Below are positions 1-10,349 of a DNA stretch of 64,000 bases, one piece after another; the first letter of the stretch is position 1, and each line of letters opens with the position of its first letter. A model generated the notes under the pieces. The model saw only the letters and a list, made by a program, of their open reading frames with translations. It was not told the DNA's origin and did not search any database. The position numbers were made by a program, and so were the translations under genes. The DNA comes from an uncultured bacterium (GTDB lineage: Bacteria; Krumholzibacteriota; Krumholzibacteriia; Krumholzibacteriales; Krumholzibacteriaceae). The DNA is taken from assembly GCA_963786935.1 (NCBI GenBank), contig CAWBAN010000004.1, forward strand, positions 64,001 to 128,000, written 5' to 3'.

Positions 1-1
1 C

Positions 2-706
2 CTCGGTCTCGGCTGCAACGTCCCCGGCATCATGGCGACGCGCATTCTCGAGAACAGGCGCCAGCGGTTCATCACGGCCACGCTCATCTCGATCGCCGTT
101 CCCTGCGCGGCGCTCCAGGCGATGATCGTGGGGCTCGCGGGCTCGCGCGGGCTCTGGGTGATCGCGCTCGTCTACGGCATCCTTTTCGTCGTGTGGATCG
201 TCATCGGGATGATTCTGAAATACGCCACGCGTGGCTTTCTCCCCGAGCTTCTCATCGAGATCCCGCCGTACCGCGTCCCGTCCGTCGGGGCGCTCGCCTC
301 GAAGATGTGGATGCGGGTCGGCGGCTTCCTCGTCGAGGCGCTGCCGATCGTTCTCGCCGCGATCCTCGTGGTGAACGTTCTCTACGCGCTGAACGTGTTC
401 CACTACGTCGCCGACGCGGGCGCGGGACTCGTGAACACGCTGTGGGGATTGCCGAAAGAGGCGATCGTGCCGCTGCTGCTCGGGATCCTGCGGAAGGAAA
501 TGGGTGCTGGAATGTTCGCGCCGCTCGCGCTCACGACGAAGCAGCTCGTCTCGGGGTGCGTGATTCTCTCGATGTTCTTCCCGTGCGTGGCCACGCTCGT
601 CGTGCTGCTGCGGGAGCTCGGGTGGCGGGACACCGTCAAGGCGACGGGAATCATGCTCGTCGCGGTCGTCGCGGCGGGCGCCGCGATCAATTTCATCTGG
701 CCGTGA
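2..706 (+). CDS. feoB: Ferrous iron transporter FeoB, C-terminal part (5' truncated by the window)
   Basis: LGLGCNVPGIMATR gate motif, ELLIEIPPYR and FFPCVATL; multiple TM segments. Confidence 0.9.
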   Translation, partial: LGLGCNVPGIMATRILENRRQRFITATLISIAVPCAALQAMIVGLAGSRGLWVIALVYGILFVVWIVIGMILKYATRGFLPELLIEIPPYRVPSVGALASKMWMRVGGFLVEALPIVLAAILVVNVLYALNVFHYVADAGAGLVNTLWGLPKEAIVPLLLGILRKEMGAGMFAPLALTTKQLVSGCVILSMFFPCVATLVVLLRELGWRDTVKATGIMLVAVVAAGAAINFIWP

Positions 707-764
707 CGGCCCGGCGTATCGCCCCGGCGCCGGCCGCTCGGCCGCGCCGGCGTCCGGCCTGTCG

Positions 765-1346
765 TTACTTCTCCGCCCGCCCCGCGAGGAAGGCCTGCTT
801 GTTGATCTCGCCGGTGCCCTTCGGCGCCATCTTCTCGATCACCTGGAGCCACTTCGACTCCTCGAGGTCGAGGTCGTTGGAGAGCACGCCGAGGAGGATC
901 GTGTTCACGAGCTTCGTGTTCCCGAGCTTCTTGCCGATCTCGAAGGCGTCGATGATGACGGTGTGCGGCACGCGGGCCTTGATCGACTCCTCGACCTTCT
1001 CGGGGTAGGAGAACTTGCCCGTCGTCGCGATGGGCGGGACGATTCTTTGCTCGTTGACGATGATGGTGCCGCCGGGCCTGAGATAGTGCACCCAGCGGAG
1101 CCCCTCGGCGACCTCGAAGGCGAGGACCACGTCGGCGGCGCCTTCTTCGATCAACGGCGAGTGGACCTTCTTCCCGAAGCGCACGTGGCTCGTCACGACG
1201 CCGCCGCGCTGGGACATCCCGTGGACCTCGCTCTTCTTCGCGTCGAGCCCCATGACCTTGGCGACCTGGCAGAGCATCTCGCTCGCGAGCAGCACGCCCT
1301 GCCCGCCCACTCCCACGATCAGTACATTCGTCGTGCCGTCTTTCAT
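765..1346 (-). CDS. iorB: Indolepyruvate:ferredoxin oxidoreductase beta subunit
   Basis: GVGGQGVLL and SEVHGMSQRGG motifs; follows iorA. Confidence 0.93.
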   Translation of the reverse strand: MKDGTTNVLIVGVGGQGVLLASEMLCQVAKVMGLDAKKSEVHGMSQRGGVVTSHVRFGKKVHSPLIEEGAADVVLAFEVAEGLRWVHYLRPGGTIIVNEQRIVPPIATTGKFSYPEKVEESIKARVPHTVIIDAFEIGKKLGNTKLVNTILLGVLSNDLDLEESKWLQVIEKMAPKGTGEINKQAFLAGRAEK

Positions 1347-1383
1347 TTCGTTCCTTCCTTGCATCGCGCGGCCGCGCCGCGCC

Positions 1384-3159
1384 TTACTTCGTCACTTCCT
1401 GAATTGCTTCCTCGGGGCAGACCTGCGCGCAGAGCGTGCAGCCCGTGCAGAGATCGAGATCGATCTGCGATTTCGCGCGCCCCTTCTCGTTCTTCTCGCT
1501 CGACGCGCTGATCGCCGGGCAGCCGATCCGGAAGCAGGCGCCGCACGCCGTGCACTTCTCGAGGACGACGTGGAATTTGTTCGCCGGCTTCAGCTTGCTC
1601 GGGAAGAGCACGCACGGCTTCGTCGTGATTACCACGGACGGCGCGTCGCGCTCGATCTCTTCCTTGAGAACGGCGAGCGTCTCCTTCTGGTCGAACGGGT
1701 CGACCGTGCGCACGTGCTCGACGCCGAGCGCTTTCACGAGCTCGACGAGATCGATCGCATGCGTCTTCTCTCCCATGAGCGTCTTCGACGTTCCGGGGTG
1801 ATCCTGCCCGCCCGTCATGGCGGTGATGCGGTTGTCGACGATGATCGTCACCTGCGTGCCGCGGTTGTACACGACGTTCGCGAGCCCCGTGATGCCGCTG
1901 TGGAGGAAGGTCGAGTCGCCGATGACGGCGACCGTTTTCTTTTTCGTCTTCTTCGCCTTCTCGATGCCGAAGGCGTGGTTGATAGAGGCGCCCATGCAGA
2001 GGCACGTGTCGATCGTCTCGAGCGGCGGGAGCGCGGCGAGCGTATAGCAGCCGATGTCTCCCGTTATGTTCACGCCGCACTTCTTGAGCGCCATCATGAG
2101 GCCGCGGTGCGGGCATCCGGGGCACAGCGCCGGGGGTCTCGGGAGCACGTTTTCCTGCGCCTGCTTCGGGAGCGCCGTGCTCTTCGGGAGCGCGCCCGCC
2201 GCGATGAAGCCATCGCGCACGCGCTCGACGTTGAGCTCCATGAAATTGGAGAAATATTTCTTGCCCTCGCAGGGGATGCCGGCGGCGAGGATCTGCTCTT
2301 CGTAGAAGGGCTCGAGCTCCTCGACGACGATGAGGCGATCGACCTTCGAGGCGAAGTCCCTGATCTTGTTCATCGGGAGCGGATAGCCCATGCCGAGCTT
2401 GAGGAAGCTCGCTCCGGGCAGGATCTCCTTCGCATACTGGTACGCGACGCTGCCGGAGACGATGCCGACCTTCGTGTCGCCCATCTCGACCTTGTTGAGC
2501 GGCGACGTCTCGGCGAATTTCTTGAGCGCCTCGAGGCGCTCGATGACGAGTTTGTGACGCACGCTCGCGAAGACGGGCATCATGACGTATTTGGCGATGT
2601 TCTTCTCGAAGCCGGCGTGCTCCGAGAGATGCCGCTCTCCCATTTTCACAAGCCCCTTCGAGTGCGAGATGCGCGTCGTCATGCGGAAGAGGACCGGCGT
2701 GTCGAACTTCTCGCTGATCTCGAAAGCGTCCTTAACCATGTCGAGCGATTCCTGGCTGTCGGCGGGCTCGAGCACGGGGATCGAGGCGAATTTGCCGTAG
2801 AACCGGTTGTCCTGCTCGTTCTGCGACGAGTGGAGGCTCGGATCGTCGGCGCTCACGAGGATGAGCCCGGCGCCCACGCCGGTGTACGCGAGCGTCATGA
2901 GCGGATCGGCCGCGACGTTGACGCCGACGTGCTTCATCGCGGCGATGGCGCGCGCGCCGCCCCAGCTCGCCCCGACCGCCACCTCGAGGGCCACCTTCTC
3001 GTTGATCGACCATTCGCAGTAGACGTCCGCTTTGCACTGCTTCGCGAGCGTCTCGAGGATCTCGGTGCTCGGCGTGCCCGGATACGCGGAGGCGAACTCT
3101 CCGCCGTGCTCGTACACGCCTCGCGCGAAGGCTTCGTTTCCGGATAACAGCATTTCCAT
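1384..3159 (-). CDS. iorA: Indolepyruvate:ferredoxin oxidoreductase alpha subunit
   Basis: YPGTPSTE, MKHVGVNVA, RPPALCPGCPHR, TPP motif GDSTFLHSG, two C-terminal 4Fe-4S motifs. Confidence 0.95.
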   Translation of the reverse strand: MEMLLSGNEAFARGVYEHGGEFASAYPGTPSTEILETLAKQCKADVYCEWSINEKVALEVAVGASWGGARAIAAMKHVGVNVAADPLMTLAYTGVGAGLILVSADDPSLHSSQNEQDNRFYGKFASIPVLEPADSQESLDMVKDAFEISEKFDTPVLFRMTTRISHSKGLVKMGERHLSEHAGFEKNIAKYVMMPVFASVRHKLVIERLEALKKFAETSPLNKVEMGDTKVGIVSGSVAYQYAKEILPGASFLKLGMGYPLPMNKIRDFASKVDRLIVVEELEPFYEEQILAAGIPCEGKKYFSNFMELNVERVRDGFIAAGALPKSTALPKQAQENVLPRPPALCPGCPHRGLMMALKKCGVNITGDIGCYTLAALPPLETIDTCLCMGASINHAFGIEKAKKTKKKTVAVIGDSTFLHSGITGLANVVYNRGTQVTIIVDNRITAMTGGQDHPGTSKTLMGEKTHAIDLVELVKALGVEHVRTVDPFDQKETLAVLKEEIERDAPSVVITTKPCVLFPSKLKPANKFHVVLEKCTACGACFRIGCPAISASSEKNEKGRAKSQIDLDLCTGCTLCAQVCPEEAIQEVTK

Positions 3160-3467
3160 AGAGAGGCTCCTCCTGGTGGGGGCGTTTTCCGAAGGTTGTG
3201 TTCGTCGAAAGTCGAAACTCTGCTTTCGGATACCTTAAAAGGAATGGCGGAAAAATTCAACTAAAAAGCGCCGCCGCCGCTGTGTCATTTCTCCACCCGC
3301 GCGTCTAACCATACAGGCATCAGAAACAACAAATCGTAAATCAATCTGTGCCCGCCGCGGGATCCGGGGTCATTCTCTTTCGGAGGGTCGATATGTTCTT
3401 CACATCGCACTCGAGGCGTCCTTCTCCTCTCTCTCTTCCTTCCTCATTCTTTCGATCACTGGGGCGT

Positions 3468-3532
<65 letters not shown>

Positions 3533-3535
3533 GGC

Positions 3536-3982
3536 TCAGTCGTACGAGAGGCGGGTCTTCTCGTCCGCCATCGTCGGGCGGGTTATCTCCTCCCACTCGG
3601 GGCCGCGCCACGTTCCCAGCTGCTCGTGGACCTTCAGATATTTCTCCGGGATGGGGTGGGTGCCGAGCACGACTTCGAGCCCGTACTTGGTCTTGATGTA
3701 GTCGCGGAAATAGCCGATCGAGCGGCACGGCGGGTAGCCGACGAGGAGCCCCGTGGCGAGATGTATCACGGTCGCGCCGTTGCGCTTCATCTCGTCGACG
3801 GTGTATTCGATGTTTCCGCCGGGACACCCCCCGCACGTCGTGAACCCGACGATCTCCACTTCCTGGTCCTTGTAGATGCTGAAGGCGCCCGCGCGCTCGC
3901 GGGCAGCCCTGAAGCATTTGCCCCCGGCGCACGAGCGGTAGCGGTCGCAGATAATAATGCCGATTTTCACCTTATCTTCCAT
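3536..3982 (-). CDS. CGGC-domain metal-binding protein
   Basis: GIIICDRYRSCAGGKC, TCGGCPG and terminal GTH motif. Confidence 0.88.
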   Translation of the reverse strand: MEDKVKIGIIICDRYRSCAGGKCFRAARERAGAFSIYKDQEVEIVGFTTCGGCPGGNIEYTVDEMKRNGATVIHLATGLLVGYPPCRSIGYFRDYIKTKYGLEVVLGTHPIPEKYLKVHEQLGTWRGPEWEEITRPTMADEKTRLSYD

Positions 3983-3987
3983 GGTTC

Positions 3988-4497
3988 CTATTTCCGGTAC
4001 CACACGGTCCACCAGTCGGAGGAACCGAGGCCGCACGTGACGAAGAACGGGCCGTACCCTTCCGGGCGTTCCATCGCGGGCAGGTGCTCCGCGAGAGGCA
4101 TGGTCTGGAGGAATTTATGGATCTGCGTGCCCGCCTGCTCGGTCAGCTTGATCCTGAACTCGACCGAGTACGGCGGCCAGCAGGCCCCTTCGGCGACGTG
4201 CTTGAGCTCGGAGCGGCTGTAGACCTGGACGTTGCGCATCTCGAGCGCCTTCGCGAGATCGAGCGCGGCCTTCTTGTAGAGGGCGTATTCGGCGGGTTCG
4301 ACCGAGCTTACGCGGATCCACGCCGCGTCGGCGGGCGCCTCCGCCCCGGCGTTCATCCCCGTGCCGACGGTGATCGTTTCGATCGTGCAGCCGCCGACCT
4401 TTTCCGTTTGCTTCGATCCCGTAGCCTTGCCCTTGTTACAGCCGAGCGCGGCCGCGACGAGAGCGCATGCGAACAGCATCGGGAACAGGGTTCTCAT
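3988..4497 (-). CDS. Hypothetical lipoprotein
   Basis: Signal peptide with lipobox ALGC; SD-like AGGAAGG upstream. Confidence 0.7.
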   Translation of the reverse strand: MRTLFPMLFACALVAAALGCNKGKATGSKQTEKVGGCTIETITVGTGMNAGAEAPADAAWIRVSSVEPAEYALYKKAALDLAKALEMRNVQVYSRSELKHVAEGACWPPYSVEFRIKLTEQAGTQIHKFLQTMPLAEHLPAMERPEGYGPFFVTCGLGSSDWWTVWYRK

Positions 4498-4553
4498 TGC
4501 GCACCTTCCTTCTTCCGGTCCGCGGTCCGGCCCGCGCCGGGCCGCCGCCGCGC

Positions 4554-5237
4554 CTACTGCGATATCGGCTTGAGCCAGACCGTGAGGCCGAGCCTCACGT
4601 CGAGCGAGCGGAACCGGTCCTCGAGAGGCTTTCCGGCGCTATCCAACACGACGTCGGTGTTGACGTTCTCGAGAAACGGCGCCCTGAACTCTTTCGTCTG
4701 CAATCCCGCGTAGTACGAGCACTCGACGGCGATCTCGAGATTGCTCCTGACCGAAACGCCGAACCTCCCCGTGACGAGCCCCTCCGCGGCGCCGAGCTTG
4801 CCGCCGCCGGCGACGAGGTTTGTCTGGCCGTAGCCGATGCCCGCGCCGAGGGAGGGATGGAATCGCTCGCTTTCGATCAAGAAATTGCGCCGCGCGACGA
4901 GCGCGAAGGCGTAGTGCTTCATCTCGGACGGGAAGTACTCGTATTCGTTCTCGTAGTCGAACGAGGGGTAGAACATCGTGGCGAAGTGCAGCTCGAGCGA
5001 CCAGCGCTCTTCGAGAAGCGAATGCCCGATCGAGACGCCGAGCCCGTAACCGGCGCCGACCTTGTCCTGCTCCTGAACCGCGAGCTCGTCGTTCAGGTTC
5101 GTGAGGCTCGGAACGCTGGCGCCGCCGTCGAGATGCACGAAGAACCGCCCGCTCACGGCGCGGAGCGGCGAGCACAGGGCGAGGAGAAAAACGACCGCTA
5201 GAACGGCGCGCAGCATCGAAACGTTAGCCGGCTTCAT
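4554..5237 (-). CDS. Outer-membrane beta-barrel protein
   Basis: Signal peptide and amphipathic strands (PSLGAGIGY, LDVRLGLTVW). Confidence 0.7.
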   Translation of the reverse strand: MKPANVSMLRAVLAVVFLLALCSPLRAVSGRFFVHLDGGASVPSLTNLNDELAVQEQDKVGAGYGLGVSIGHSLLEERWSLELHFATMFYPSFDYENEYEYFPSEMKHYAFALVARRNFLIESERFHPSLGAGIGYGQTNLVAGGGKLGAAEGLVTGRFGVSVRSNLEIAVECSYYAGLQTKEFRAPFLENVNTDVVLDSAGKPLEDRFRSLDVRLGLTVWLKPISQ

Positions 5238-5386
5238 GTGTTGAATTATAGGGCTGCATCCGGCGAAGTCCAGCGTTATAATCGTATGGCGGCGCACGTC
5301 CGCTCGCTCGATGGGCGCGCCGCGGGGCGCGCGTGATCGCGCCTGATCGCGACGTTGACATTCATCGCGGAAGTGAGGGTCATCGC

Positions 5387-6382
5387 ATGAGAATCGCTGT
5401 GAAAACGACGGTCGTGTGCGCGATGCTGGTGTTCGCGGGGCAGGCTGCCGCCGCGCAAGCGTCGGCGGCCGGGCAGGAGACGGCAGCCGCGCAGGATACC
5501 GCCGCGGCGGCCGATCTCGCGAAGCTGCTCCCGCCCGCGTCGACGATCGAGGGCTGGCGGACCGACGGCGAGCCGCTCGTCTACACGGGGGACAATCTCT
5601 GGGAGTACATCGACGGCGCGGCCGAGAATTTTCTCTCCTTCGATTTTCGGATGGTGCTCGCGCAGGATTACCTCTCGTCCGCGGAGCGCGGGCTCAAGGT
5701 CGAGATCTACGAGCACGGAAGCCCCCTCATGGCGTACGGCATCTACGCGCAGATGCGTAGCCCGGGGCTCGCGCGCCACGCGATCGGCGACGAGGCGTTC
5801 TCCGACGAATATTCGCTGCACTTCTGGAAGGACCGCTACTACGTGCGCGTCGGGATGTTCGAGGCGGGGGAGGATTCGGATGCGGCGCTGAAGCTTTTCG
5901 CCGGCGCGGTCGCGGCGGCGATTCCCGGGGGCGGCGGCGGGCTCCCGCCCGAGACTGAGGCGTTTCCCCGCGAGGGGCTCGGGTTGAACAACCTCCGGTA
6001 CATCACGGAGGGCGTGCTCGGACGCGAGAGCTTTCCGCCGGCGTTCGTCGGCACGTACCTGATCGATAACCAGGAGGCGAGGCTCTACCTCGCCACGCTC
6101 CGCGACAGCGCGGCGGCGCGCGACACCTTCGAGTGGTACACGGACGAGATGGAATCGTTCGTCGCGACCGCCGAGGGATCGCGCGGCGACTACATTCTCG
6201 GCGCCGGCAGGGATCCCCATCAGGGGGACGTGCTCGTGTTCACCTATGCGAAGTACCTCGGTGTTCTCGCCGGGCTCGCGAAGCCGGGGGATCGGGCCAC
6301 GGAGTTCGTGCAATCGGTCGTCGAGAGGCTCCACGCGGTCGAGGCCGCCATGAAGCGGATGCGTCCGGCCGGGCAACATTGA
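5387..6382 (+). CDS. Secreted protein, DUF6599-like
   Basis: Signal peptide; NLWEYIDGAAE and AYGIY motifs. Confidence 0.7.
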   Translation: MRIAVKTTVVCAMLVFAGQAAAAQASAAGQETAAAQDTAAAADLAKLLPPASTIEGWRTDGEPLVYTGDNLWEYIDGAAENFLSFDFRMVLAQDYLSSAERGLKVEIYEHGSPLMAYGIYAQMRSPGLARHAIGDEAFSDEYSLHFWKDRYYVRVGMFEAGEDSDAALKLFAGAVAAAIPGGGGGLPPETEAFPREGLGLNNLRYITEGVLGRESFPPAFVGTYLIDNQEARLYLATLRDSAAARDTFEWYTDEMESFVATAEGSRGDYILGAGRDPHQGDVLVFTYAKYLGVLAGLAKPGDRATEFVQSVVERLHAVEAAMKRMRPAGQH

Positions 6383-6408
6383 AGAATTCGGGTTGAATCG
6401 GGGCCGAA

Positions 6409-7416
6409 TCAAACGACGCGCTTCGCCGCTTCCTTCATCATGTCGGGGATCGGGAGCCCGTAGGGGCATTTCTCGAGGCATTCGCCGCACTCCGAGCAAT
6501 CCGCGAACTTCTTCGGCAGCGCCGAGAGCCGGGCGAGCGCCCAGTCCGTGAGCTCGTAGCGCGTGTAGTAGCCGTCGATGAGGAAGAGGAACGGGATGTT
6601 GAGGCCGTTCGGGCAGGGCAGGCAGTAGCCGCAGCGGCGGCAGAACTTGTTTCCCCAGAGCTTCCGCTCCTCCTCGAGCGCGGCGAGATCGCCGGCCGCG
6701 AGCGGGGCGGCCGTCTCGCCGGCCGCGGCGTTCTCCTCGACCTGCTCCACGGCGTCCATGCCGGGAATGACGACGTCCATGCCGCGCGCGATCTCGAACC
6801 GCAGCGCGAGCGCGCGGTTCCGGAGCGCCCCTCCGGCGAGCGGCTTCATGCATATCGTGCCGACGCCGGCGGCTTTCGCCGCGGGGATGACGTCCTCCTC
6901 CCATTCCGTCTCGATCGGGTTGAACGGGAACTGCGCCGTGTCGAAGAGCCCGGTCCCGATCGCCCGGAGCATGATCTCGCGCGAGTGGCCGGTGATCCCG
7001 ATCCAGCGCACCTTCCCCGCCGCGCGCGCCGCCGCGGCGGCTTCGTAGGCGCCGCCGGGCCCGAGCACGCGCTCGAGATCGGCGGCCGTGCCGATGGAGT
7101 GGAGCTGGTAGAGGTCGATCGTGTCCGCGCGGAAGTTGCGGAGGCTCGTCTCGATGTCGGCGGCGAATTCGGGCGCGGTGCGGGCGAGCGATTTCGTCGA
7201 GAGATAGACGCGGGCGCGCTCGCCGGCAAGCGCGCGGCCGATCTTCTCCTCGCTGTCCGTGTAGGCGCGGGCGCTGTCGAAGAAGTTGATGCCCCGCGCG
7301 ACCGCCGCCTTGAGGATGCGCTCCGCCTCGTCGAACGAAACCCCCTGAATCGGGATCCCGCCGAATCCGACGGCCGAAACCGTCATGTCCGTTCTGCCGA
7401 GCGTCCGTTTCCGCAT
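6409..7416 (-). CDS. Aldo/keto reductase with C-terminal 4Fe-4S domain
   Basis: GFGGIPI, FDSARAY, DLYQLH; CRRCGYC and CSECGEC motifs. Confidence 0.9.
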   Translation of the reverse strand: MRKRTLGRTDMTVSAVGFGGIPIQGVSFDEAERILKAAVARGINFFDSARAYTDSEEKIGRALAGERARVYLSTKSLARTAPEFAADIETSLRNFRADTIDLYQLHSIGTAADLERVLGPGGAYEAAAAARAAGKVRWIGITGHSREIMLRAIGTGLFDTAQFPFNPIETEWEEDVIPAAKAAGVGTICMKPLAGGALRNRALALRFEIARGMDVVIPGMDAVEQVEENAAAGETAAPLAAGDLAALEEERKLWGNKFCRRCGYCLPCPNGLNIPFLFLIDGYYTRYELTDWALARLSALPKKFADCSECGECLEKCPYGLPIPDMMKEAAKRVV

Positions 7417-7486
7417 GGGGTGAAATCTAACAGGTTGCCGCCGCGAGCGCAAGGCGGCGGGACGATCGGCCGGGACACCGGCGCGA

Positions 7487-8626
7487 TTACGCGCGCCCCC
7501 GGGAGGCGGCGCGGCCGAGCGCCTGCTCGTACACGGTCTCCGTGGCCCGGATCATCTTTTCGGCGGGGAACCGTTCGTGGACCATCGCGCGTCCGGCGAG
7601 CGCGAGCCGCTGCGCCTTCGCCGGATCCTGCAGGAGCTCGACGATGCGCTTGGCGAGAAACTCCGCCGAGCCCTTCGGCACGAGGTAGCCGGTCTTGCCG
7701 CTCTCGATCACTTCGGGGATCCCCCCGACCTCCGTGGAAATGACCGGCACGCCGGAGGCGAGCGCCTCGAGGAGCGTCAGCGGCATGCCCTCCGAGTCCG
7801 ACGAAAGGCAAAAGATGTCGATCGCGCCGTAGAAGTGGTCGATCGACTGCGTTTCCTTGACGAGCGAGACGTACTCGCTCACGCCCATGTCCGCCGCGTA
7901 CGCGGCGAGGCTCTCGCGCAGCTCCCCCTCGCCGATGATCGCGAGGTGAACCTCCCCCGCCTCCTGCCGCGCGCGGGCCAGCGCCTCGATGAGCAGCTTG
8001 TGGTTCTTGACGGGAACCATACGCCCGACGGTGCCGATGAGCTTGGCGCCGGGGAGCAGCTTGAAGCGCGCCCTGCATTCGGCGCGGGGCGGGAGCTTCT
8101 CGTAGTCCTGCAGGCGGATGCCGTTCGGGATCTCGAGGAACATGTCGGCGAGAGCGGGAAACGCCTCCGCGTACGACCGCCGGACGAGCTCGGAAACGCA
8201 GATGATCCTGCTCGCGCGCTTCGTGAACCGCGGGTAGAGCCACCGGTAGAGCGCGGGCATCGTCTCGGGGAGGTACGGGTTGTGCTCGGTGCGGACGATC
8301 GGCGCGCCCGAGCCGCTCACGATGTGCGCGAGCGTTCCCCAGAACATGCCCGGCGAATTGTGCAGATGGACGAGATCGATCTTCTCCCGGCGGATGAGAT
8401 TCGCGAGCTTCGTCACCGCGGTGACGTCGCCGCGCCGCTTCTTGCCGAGGAGGAACACGCGCGAACCGGTGTTCGACAGCCGGTCGATCATGTCGCCGCC
8501 CCCCGTGATCGAGCAGACGAGATACTCGAAGCGGCGGCGGTCCGAGCCGAGCAGCTGCGTCTCGATGATGCGCTCGGCGCCGCCCCGGTACAGCGAATAG
8601 ATGACGTGCAGGATCCGGTGTCTCAT
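7487..8626 (-). CDS. GT4 glycosyltransferase
   Basis: GGAER and EGMPLTLLEA motifs. Confidence 0.9.
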   Translation of the reverse strand: MRHRILHVIYSLYRGGAERIIETQLLGSDRRRFEYLVCSITGGGDMIDRLSNTGSRVFLLGKKRRGDVTAVTKLANLIRREKIDLVHLHNSPGMFWGTLAHIVSGSGAPIVRTEHNPYLPETMPALYRWLYPRFTKRASRIICVSELVRRSYAEAFPALADMFLEIPNGIRLQDYEKLPPRAECRARFKLLPGAKLIGTVGRMVPVKNHKLLIEALARARQEAGEVHLAIIGEGELRESLAAYAADMGVSEYVSLVKETQSIDHFYGAIDIFCLSSDSEGMPLTLLEALASGVPVISTEVGGIPEVIESGKTGYLVPKGSAEFLAKRIVELLQDPAKAQRLALAGRAMVHERFPAEKMIRATETVYEQALGRAASRGRA

Positions 8627-8862
8627 TGCGATCTCCATCCCCCGTGGCGCGAAAAACCAAGAGATTGGAGATAGATACCATACTCGCGGGGCCATTTCAA
8701 CGAAATCCGGCACGTCGTGTCGCGCCCGCCAATCCGGTGCCGGGCGCCGGGCGCGGCAATCCGGCACCGGGCGCGCTCCTGGCTCCCGTGCGCCGCGGGG
8801 CGGTCCTTTTCCCTTTTGCGCCGCGCGGCCGCGGGAGTACAATGCGCGGCAGGAGGCGTCCC

Positions 8863-10272
8863 GTGGATCGAATGGCGAAAATCGTCTGCACCATCGGCCC
8901 GGCGAGCCGCGGCCCGAAGCGGCTGAAGCAGCTCCTCGACGCGGGGATGGATGTCGCGCGGCTCAATTTCTCCCATGGCTCTCCCGACGAGCACCGGGAA
9001 GTATTCGACCGGCTCCGGCGGCTCGACCGGCGGGTCGGGATCATGCAGGATCTCGCCGGCCCCAAGATCCGGATCGGCGAGATGGAGGGAGGGCAGGCGC
9101 GCCTGCGGGACGGCGGGACGTTCGCGCTCACCGGGAAAAAGATCCTGGGAAACGAGGAGGGCGCGCACGTCGAGTACCGCTTCGGCCCCGGGGACGTGAA
9201 GGCCGGGGACGATCTCTACCTCGCCGACGGGAGCATTCACCTGATAGTCGAGAAGGTCGTCGGGCGCGAGATCCGCTGCCGGATCGTGCACGGCGGCATC
9301 CTCACGTCGCGCAAGGGGCTCAACGTGCCGCGCCTGCGGCTCGGCGGATCCCTCGGCCCGAAGGACGCGCGCGACCTCGCGTTCGGCCTTGCGATGGGAG
9401 TCGATTACGTCGCCCTGTCGTTCGTGACGTGCGCCGCCGACGTCAAGCGCGTGAAGCGCGTCATCCGGGAACGGCGGTCGCCGGCGCTCGTCGTCGCGAA
9501 GATCGAGAAGGAACGCGCGCTCGAGCGGATCGAATCGATCGTCGAGGCCTCGGACGCGATCATGATCGCGCGGGGAGACCTCGGGGTGGAAATCCCGCTC
9601 GAACGGGTGCCCGTCGCGCAAAAGGAGATCATCGACCGGTGCCGCGCGGCGGGGAAGCCGGTCATCGTGGCCACGCAGATGCTCGAGTCGTTGACCGGCG
9701 CCGAGCGCCCGACTCGCGCCGAGGCGAGCGATGTGGCGAACGCGATCCTGGACGGCGCCGACGCCGTGATGCTCTCCGCGGAAACGGCCAGCGGCCGGTT
9801 CCCGGTCGAGAGCGTCAGCGTCATGAGCCGCATCGTGCGGGAAGCGGAGCGGTATGAGCGGCGGCGCGGGAAGAGCGCGCGGGGCGAATGCTGCGCCGGA
9901 TCGGAGTGGCCGCCGGCGGATCTCGCCGAGGCCGCCTGCGAGGCCGCCGCGCGAACGGCGGCGAGCGCCGGCGCGAAGGTCGTCGTCTGCCTCACGCGGA
10001 CCGGCCGCACGGCGCGGTTGATCGCCCGCTACCGGCCGCCGGGCATGCGAATCGTGGCGATGACCGATAGTCCCGAGGTCATAAGGCAGATGAGCCTCGT
10101 TTGGGGTGTCGAAGCCCTTTCCGTCCCGCGCATCGAGAGGACGGAAAACGTGTTCGCCCTGATGAAGGAGAGGCTGCGAGCCGCCGGCGTGAGGGGGCTT
10201 GCGGTCATCGCGGCCGGGATTCCCACCTCCGAGAGGGTTCCGACGAACACCGTGCATCTCATCGACTGCTGA
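8863..10272 (+). CDS. pyk: Pyruvate kinase
   Basis: KIVCTIGPAS, RLNFSHG, IARGDLGVE, ATQMLES; AGGAGG before a GTG start. Confidence 0.96.
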   Translation: MDRMAKIVCTIGPASRGPKRLKQLLDAGMDVARLNFSHGSPDEHREVFDRLRRLDRRVGIMQDLAGPKIRIGEMEGGQARLRDGGTFALTGKKILGNEEGAHVEYRFGPGDVKAGDDLYLADGSIHLIVEKVVGREIRCRIVHGGILTSRKGLNVPRLRLGGSLGPKDARDLAFGLAMGVDYVALSFVTCAADVKRVKRVIRERRSPALVVAKIEKERALERIESIVEASDAIMIARGDLGVEIPLERVPVAQKEIIDRCRAAGKPVIVATQMLESLTGAERPTRAEASDVANAILDGADAVMLSAETASGRFPVESVSVMSRIVREAERYERRRGKSARGECCAGSEWPPADLAEAACEAAARTAASAGAKVVVCLTRTGRTARLIARYRPPGMRIVAMTDSPEVIRQMSLVWGVEALSVPRIERTENVFALMKERLRAAGVRGLAVIAAGIPTSERVPTNTVHLIDC

Positions 10273-10316
10273 GGAAACAATTTTTACGCAAAACCCTTCC
10301 AAGTAAAATATTCTTA

Positions 10317-10344
10317 TTGACATCTAAAAATGGTGTGATATAAT
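10317..10344 (+). promoter_or_regulatory. Sigma70 promoter with consensus boxes
   Basis: TTGACA (10317-22), 16-bp spacer, TATAAT (10339-44), with AT-rich sequence upstream. Confidence 0.8.
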
Positions 10345-10349
10345 CGGGC